The notes beneath the pieces are model-generated. The model was not told the DNA's origin and ran no database searches. It saw only the letters and a program-made list of their open reading frames with translations. This document shows, piece by piece, positions 52,600 through 59,751 of a DNA stretch of 59,751 bases; position 1 is the stretch's first letter, and every line of letters begins with the position of its first letter. The stretch is from positions 1 to 59,751 of the forward strand of contig NW_021834872.1 in assembly GCF_006345805.1 (NCBI RefSeq), in the 5' to 3' direction. The DNA comes from Octopus sinensis (lineage: Eukaryota). Both the position numbers and the translations under genes were made by a program.

Positions 52600-54250
52600 C
52601 ATTAACTAGAGCAGGATCATCATGCAGTCGTCATCGACATTATCATCCACAATATCTACTCATTGTCATCATCTACTATATTCTATTCATTGTCATCATC
52701 ATCATTATCACCATCACTATTGCCTTCATCAATATAATTACGTTTACTATCACAACCTTCACCATCAGTGACATCATCTTCAGGACCGAAATTAAGAACA
52801 TCATCATCATCATCATCATCATCATCACCAAGATCAACATTCTCCTCCTTATCATTATCATCATTATCATCATTATCATCATTTTCGTCGTCAACATAAT
52901 CATAATTATCATCACCTCATCTTCCTTCATCGTATAAGCACCATGCCACCATAAACTTTATCATCAATATCATTTTCAATAACTGCAGCAGCATTATAGT
53001 CATCCTCAGTATCACCATCACAATCATCATCACCATCAACATCGCCACCTCCTGCTCCTTCTCCTCCTCGCCGTCGTCATCATCATCATTATCATAATCA
53101 CCACCATCATCATCATCAGTATCATCGTAATCATCAATATCATCATCACCATCATATCATCATCATCATCATCACCATCATCATCATCGTCAACTTCATC
53201 ATCACCATCATCATCATTCACCATTATTATCAAATTATCATCATCGTTGTCATTATCATTGTGATTATCATCATCATCATCGTCGTCGTCGTCGTCGTCA
53301 CCATCAAACAAACCACGGTCTATATAATTCTTCCAGAAATAGATTTGTTTTATACCAGAGATCCTCACTCGATTCGGTATGATCTGGTGTGATGCGGTGT
53401 GATGTGACAATGTCCACGACATGTGTATCCATTGTGCATTGATTGTAAAGCAGAACAACGTCTTTGTCACTATCACCACCACCACTGCCAACACCACCAC
53501 CACCACCACCACCACCATCACCGCCGCCATCATCGTCGTTGAACAGACAGGGTGGAGTTCAGACATTCACTTCTATAGTCCAGATACACCATAAACGTCT
53601 CAGCTTTGAACTCTGACATCTGAACTTTGAACTTATAGGACCTGTGTCCTGTGACCTGTCTATGCCCACATTGCAAATAAAACGAAGGAAAAAAAATATA
53701 TAATTCACGCTTGATGGACGGTCACGAGTCATGTGATACACCGCACGTCTGTCGACTTCTCATGGTATTTGCTGCTTGACTGGGAACGACAACCACAATG
53801 ATGATGACGATGATGATGATGACGACGATGACGATGACGACGACGATGATGATGATGAAGATAATTTAGTCTACCTGATAAGAATTACAGCGAAGATGAA
53901 TTCAATGGTGATAATTCGATGTCCATGTTGATTAGCATGTTGTGTTGGTGCTGGTAATGATGAGGAGGATGAAGATGATGATGATGATGAGGAGAAAGAG
54001 GAGGAGGAGGATGAAGATAATGATGATGATGATGATGATGATAGTGATGAGGATGATGATGATGATGATGATGATGATGTTGATGATGAGGATGTTTAAC
54101 GATGATGGCGACGACGATTGGGTTTGACTGAAAGCAACTACAGTTATTATGATGAATACGATGTCAACAGCGAAGATTGAGATGACGATAATAATAACGA
54201 TGACGATGACGATGATGATGATGATGAGGAGGAGGAGGATTAAGGGGACA
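52600..54250. repeat. Long degenerate (CAT)n then (GAT)n trinucleotide field enclosing unique islands at 53295-53470 and 53545-53800
   Basis: Direct inspection; the left part reads CAT and the right part GAT, so the arrays are in opposite orientation. Confidence 0.85.
53607..53657. promoter_or_regulatory. Candidate nuclear-receptor DR1 half-site cluster
   Basis: TGAACT c TGACAT c TGAACT t TGAACT tata GGACCT g TGTCCT g TGACCT: seven AGGTCA/AGTTCA-like hexamers in two 7-bp-period runs. Function is inferred only. Confidence 0.35.
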
Positions 54251-54289
54251 ACGCCATTGACGATGCAGAAGTGGAAGTATATTATTATT

Positions 54290-54430
54290 ATTGTTCAGCA
54301 AATTCGTGCGAGGTTGATTCTTGCCTTTCATGTTTCGTTGTCGATGAAATACCAGTCAAATAATTGGGTCGAAGTAATTCACTTCCTCTGTCCCTTGAAT
54401 TTGCTGGCTTTAGGCCAAAATTCGGAATCA
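54290..54430 (+). mobile_element. Diverged SINE family C fragment
   Basis: CAAATTCGTGCGAGGTTGATTCTTGCCTTTCATG...GTCGATGAAATACCAG...GGGTCGAAGTAAT. Confidence 0.6.
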
Positions 54431-55190
54431 GTATCATTATAGACTAGTTTAAATGCCCCGCTATCGAGCAACTTTTTCAGCTGGCTCCTGTGGGGAGCAC
54501 TTCATTGGGCCTTGGGCCCAACAAAGACACTTCATGCATTGAGTACAAATAAAATTTTATTAAACTTGACCAATATTTTTCAAGCAATGAAGAATTTTCA
54601 TCGAAATAATGATATAATATGTCGATTTGGAACTTATAATAAAGAGGCAAGATACACATTTTTAGTTTTCCCATTCGTGGGTCAGTACAATTATTTTTGC
54701 TGTCTAACCGCTTTTTTTCTTACTTTCTTTTTTCTTTCCTTCTCTTTCTCTCTTTCTTTTGTTTGTTTTCAACAATCACAATCACCAGTACCACCACCAT
54801 CGCCACCATAACTGCCATACCCACACCATTCAGACTTCTGGCGCTACCACCATCAATACCTTTGACTTCACTGCCTTCCCCTCCACCAAAATCACCACTG
54901 ACTTTTACATCGCTTACTATCACCGTCATCCTTGACCGCTTCGGGTACCACCAGCACCACCAGCGTCATCGCTTTCGCCTCCGCCTCTATCACAACTACA
55001 GCTCATACTATTACCATCAACCAATTACCATCATAACTGTCAATCTACAACCACCCTCACCGTCTCTATGCCTACTATTACTCTCCCCCCCAACATGAGG
55101 AATACTAGAAGTATCATTGAAAAGTGAGAGAGTGGGGTCAAAGTGTGACACACTGACACACAGAAACTCGTTTTTGTATTTATTATTATA

Positions 55191-55400
55191 TAAGGCGGTG
55201 AGTAGGCAGAATTGCAATAACACTGGAAAAATACTTTGTGGCTTAGTTACAAGCTTCATACATTTTGAGATCAAATCACGACACGTACAACTTCGCTTTT
55301 CATTCTTTCGTCATCGATAGACTGCATACCAGTGAAACTCTTTGATCACTGTACTCAATTCAGGTCCAAAAGTAAGTTGCCTTGAGACAAAATTTGGAAG
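55191..55400 (+). mobile_element. Diverged SINE family C copy
   Basis: AAGGCGGTGAGTAGGCAGAAT...GAGATCAAATCAC...CTTTTCATTCTTTCG..ATCGATA. Confidence 0.6.
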
Positions 55401-55984
55401 CATTTTTCTTATCATCATCTTCATCATCATTATTATTACTATTATTATTAATATTATTATTTTTATTATTATTAATATTATTATTATTATTTTCATTTTT
55501 TCACAGGTTTTGTTGGAGCTCCTGGAGGCTTGCATGCGTAGCAGACTTACTACCTGCTTACTAGCGTGCTCCCTGCATTCTACAGTACCATGCTATTCGT
55601 TCTCTTCAGCTATTTGATACTTTCCTGATTATGTGATCCAGTATTAACTTACCGTTCGGTTACCCTCCTTATCCCATCATCTTTTCTGCCTGTGGCTTTG
55701 TTTACAAGCAGTCTGTGGATGGCGAGCAGGCCTGCGCTGCTCAAACACAGGGCATCTGCCAGGTGAAAGCCTTTCACCTTTGGTTCCAGTCTCATTAACG
55801 CCATTATTTGATAGACATGTATTAGACGTTTTCGCTGAACATTGAGGTACGTATTTTTATCGAGACACCATCTCTAGTAAGACTGACAACCAAGATGCAG
55901 GGCTCTTACTGCCCTTCTCATTTCTGTGTGTTGGGGTCCATGATCATGAAAATGCTGATAATGACACCGACAAACACAATGACC

Positions 55985-55994
55985 AATGATGATG

Positions 55995-56042
<48 letters not shown>

Positions 56043-56131
56043 GTAAGAAGAAGAAGAAGGAGGAGAAGAAGAAAGAAGAAGAAGAAGAAGAAGAAGAAGA
56101 AGAAGAAGAAGAAGAAGAAGAAGAAGAAGAA

Positions 56132-56179
<48 letters not shown>

Positions 56180-56215
56180 GATGACGATGATTGTGACAAT
56201 GAAGATGACGATCAG
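55985..56215 (+). repeat. Compound microsatellite (GAT)-(AAT)-(AAG/GAA)-(GAT)
   Basis: Direct inspection; explains the poly-N/K/E/D ORF 55895-56437. Confidence 0.95.
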
Positions 56216-56835
56216 AATATGATTTTTGCTATAATTCAATATCGTGCTTTCGTGGAGAGAAGAATAATTTTCCCCCGCCTTCAACATGACCACCACCTTC
56301 GACATTTTCCACTCCAACACAACATGCGACCTCCTAAAACCCTATTTTATAAGACAGAGGGATCAGATGCCGTCCATAAACATATTTGTTGTGCTTTATT
56401 TTCTCTTAAAAAGAAAAGAAAAAATCATGCATACTAAAGTTCATTTCAATTTCAAATCGGCCATCTTTATCTATTTGTTTTGTGTTATACTTGTTAGGGT
56501 GAAAATGCGTATGGCCCTTGTATGTGTGCAGCTAGATATTTCTGTGTGTGGTATGCCTAAGTATCTGTTAGTGTATGAGTAATTGAATTTATAGAAATAT
56601 ATTTGTATGTTTATGAATTTCTGTATCTAGCTGCTGTATATCATGATACCTGTGGGCGGATTGACGAATAAATTTAATATAACACAGAAAGAAAAACAAA
56701 AAAAAAAAACATTTGCAAGAAAATCTATCTAAAAGATGCCTTAAAAAAAGTTATAGAAATATATTTACAATTATATAGAAAACAATATTACTCCAAAATA
56801 AATATTAATCATAACCCGAAATAATAATAATAATA

Positions 56836-56902
<67 letters not shown>

Positions 56903-57569
56903 GCAGTAGTAGTAGTGGTGGTGGTGGTGGCGGTAATAATAATAATGTTGATGATTATGATGACTTCATTATGTTCTACGGTTTATTTTGTTTTATTTTG
57001 ACTATTTAGATATTTTTTTTGTTATTTATTTGGTAATATTTTTTATCAGTTTCTTCCTTTCTTCCCACCCAGCATGAATTTAATTAAATAATGGATTTCT
57101 CTATTGTAAACAGAATAAAATTCTATAGGAATTACTGTTATGTTAAACTTAATCAATGGGGAGCAATTATTGGTGTTAAGAATTGACCAGAAAGTAAAAA
57201 TTACAAAATATAAAAATATATATAAATATATGAGTTGAAATTGGAAAGAGAAAGAGGAAATAAAAGAAAGAGAACCGAGGTGTAGTACCCGAATGTATAC
57301 GGGGAAATGTGGAAATTAAAGGGTTGGGGGTAGAATCGTGTAAAAAAGAAAGCGTGGAGGAAAGAAAGAAAATAATGATGGGGAGAAGCGAATACGAAGC
57401 GATGAGTGAGTAAGGTATGAATTTAAGATGAAGGAGGAGAAAGAATTTTAAGAAATTAGAGAGATTGGAGAGCTGGCTGACTATCTAGATGGATTGATAG
57501 ATGGATGGATGGATGGATATATGCATGAACATATACACACATACGGTCACGCACAGGAACACACATGAA

Positions 57570-57572
57570 CAC

Positions 57573-57656
<84 letters not shown>

Positions 57657-57770
57657 TTATCTATCTATGTATCTATCTATCTATCTATCTATCTATCCAC
57701 CTACCTACCTACTACCTACCTACCTACCTATCTATCTATCTATCTATATATATATATATATATATAAATA
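57570..57770 (+). repeat. (TATC)n/(TACC)n/(TA)n microsatellite (similar tetranucleotide tracts at 17910-17985, 41940-42060, 43165-43195, 51935-52050)
   Basis: Direct inspection. Confidence 0.95.
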
Positions 57771-57884
57771 AATTAAATTAGAGATAAAACCTTATTAGGC
57801 AACTCAAACAGTGATAGACATAAACCAAAACACGTAAATTTAATACTAAATTGAGTCTTTCTCTGTAAGTTTGGATATACTCCC

Positions 57885-57917
<33 letters not shown>

Positions 57918-58478
57918 ATATATCGATAGAAAGATAGATAGACATACGTGACTGACAGAGAGAGTGAATGTGTAAACATGTACACACACATACACATAGA
58001 TATATATATGTATAGTATGGAGAGAATCACTACACACGTATATATGCACCTACACACACATTCCGTATTTTATATGCGTGCGGTGTTTGTACGAGGAGAG
58101 TCTTGCTAGGAGGTGTATGTATATATATATCTATAGATATATATATTTATATGTATTAGTATGTGCGTATTGTCTTTGATGTGTGTCTAGAGAACGTAAG
58201 ATATTCTCGATTGAGTGATTTCAGCACATTACATTTAAATCACATCTGAATGCTAACAACAACATCGAGTGTATGCAGCTGATCATTTCCTTACAACATG
58301 GAATCAAGAGTTGATACATCTGTCGATGCTGTAAGAAAACACGAAACCGCGGACCGCATATTTTTTTTCCTCTCATTCTGTCTAGATATTTCCTGATCGA
58401 CCTTAGCTTCTTTTATTTCTCCCCTTTCTCACTCATTCTCTATATTTTTGACTACCCTTGCTTCATAACGTGCTCTGT

Positions 58479-58523
<45 letters not shown>

Positions 58524-58784
58524 TTCCCTGTCCCCTCTCTCTTAATCTTTGTTACTTTCTCTCTCCTTAACCCTGGCACACATTTCTTTAGTATCCATTC
58601 ATTTGAAGCCGTTTTATTTTTATCGTATTTATTTTTTTCTTTGAATTATTCCCCTTTATTTGTTTCATTGTATTTTTTTTCTCTCTAAAAATTTATTAAC
58701 AAAAATACCTTAAATAGAATATGATATAAAATAAAATATAAAACAAAAATAGAATGGAATAAAGGAAGAAAAGTATGGCGGTGG

Positions 58785-58863
58785 GATTGATTGATTCTCT
58801 CTGTAGAGAAGCTAAAGATAACCTGCAATTAGCATCCTGAAATTGGCCTTTCACCAATGACAG
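58785..58863. promoter_or_regulatory. Candidate TALE (Pbx/Meis) + CCAAT motif cluster
   Basis: TGATTGAT at 58788-58795, ATTGG at 58842-58846, CCAAT at 58854-58858 overlapping TGACAG at 58858-58863, in a unique island between low-complexity tracts. Confidence 0.3.
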
Positions 58864-59583
58864 GACACGATTTGTTTTTGATGTCCACGGATAGGATGAC
58901 TGCACAGACGTACAGAGTGGGAGATGTTATATATGTGTGTATGTTTGTTAGCGTGTGTTTGTGAGCGTGTCTGCCTCTGTGTGTGTATTTGAGTGCATGA
59001 ATGTGTATGGCTTGGTGCTATGTGTTTGAGTTCTCGCTGAATGTGTGTACATGTGTGTGTATTTGACAGATTTATTTTCTGTCTGACTGTGCACTTCTGT
59101 ATGTGTAACTGTGTATGATTCGTTGAAGGTTTGTCTGGTGCATATATCTGTATATCAATGTATGTGTGTGTAAGGTGTGCGTGTATATTGGTGCGTGTGT
59201 GTTCTGTGTATTTGTGTGTGTGTGTCTGTGTGTGTGAATCCGTGCGGGTGGGTACGATATTTATGTCGAGGAAACATTTTGTGAATATGTTTCCCTGTGT
59301 GTTTGTAAGTCGATGTACTCGTTTAAATGTCTGTGTCTATATGTGCTTGAGTGTATTTGTGCTTGTGGATGTGAGTGGATTGTTTCTGCTAGACTTTGTT
59401 TGATTGTGTATTTGTGTGTGTATGTGTGTGTGTCTATGCGCTTGTTATTGTTTCTTTGAATGTTCATGGCATATTTGGTGAGTTGCAACAGTAATTGAAC
59501 ACATCGTATCTGTTATAATACTGTATAAAACTCAGCTTTCCGAGTATTCTGAAAGCAAAAATAGTATGTTGATAGTTGTGTAA

Positions 59584-59615
<32 letters not shown>

Positions 59616-59751
59616 TTACACAACTATGAATATATATATATATATATACTCCCTAATATTATTATTATTATGTATATATATATATGATTGTGTGTGTGTG
59701 TTTATATATATAAAAATAGATACACACATGAATGTATATCAATATGTGTGT

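Noticed and set aside
58882-58893. YPWT on the minus strand with an upstream TGTGCAG acceptor; could be spliced in frame to the homeobox exon as a hexapeptide mini-exon
   Set aside because: Thr instead of the conserved Met, in-frame TAA eight codons upstream of the GTG, no ATG, and weak donors (GTGTCC, GTGAAA). Most likely chance. A junction read to 30519 or 30517 would overturn this.

Overview
AT-rich, microsatellite-saturated animal genomic DNA. It is almost certainly a coleoid cephalopod (Octopus-like); this is inferred from the Hox paralogue and the SINE landscape, not from a database search. The only host protein-coding sequence I can support is one homeobox exon on the minus strand (30203-30519) encoding Lox5: [10 protein letters not shown]-terminal arm, Antp-class homeodomain, KLTGP parapeptide. 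I found no YPWM-coding exon in the ~29 kb upstream, so the right half of the window is probably one very large intron. The rest is repeats: four or more SINE/interspersed families, RTE-like and R4/Dong-like LINE remnants, hAT and Tc1/mariner MITEs, and a 5'-truncated Penelope-like retroelement (RT + GIY-YIG). That element has inverted termini and a type I hammerhead ribozyme in its 3' end. Best leads: (1) a perfect 132-bp palindrome carrying a hammerhead fold on each strand; (2) the Penelope ORF, which is broken only by same-direction 1-bp deletions and may be intact in the real genome; (3) a ~570-bp repeat that sits only in (TAA)n tracts, near a Dong/R4-like LINE; (4) a dense DR1 nuclear-receptor half-site array and a TALE/CCAAT motif cluster upstream of the Lox5 homeobox exon. 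Almost all other ORFs in the supplied track are microsatellite or repeat translations. Family names and consensus motifs are recalled from memory and need database confirmation. Repeat boundaries are approximate unless a TSD is quoted.
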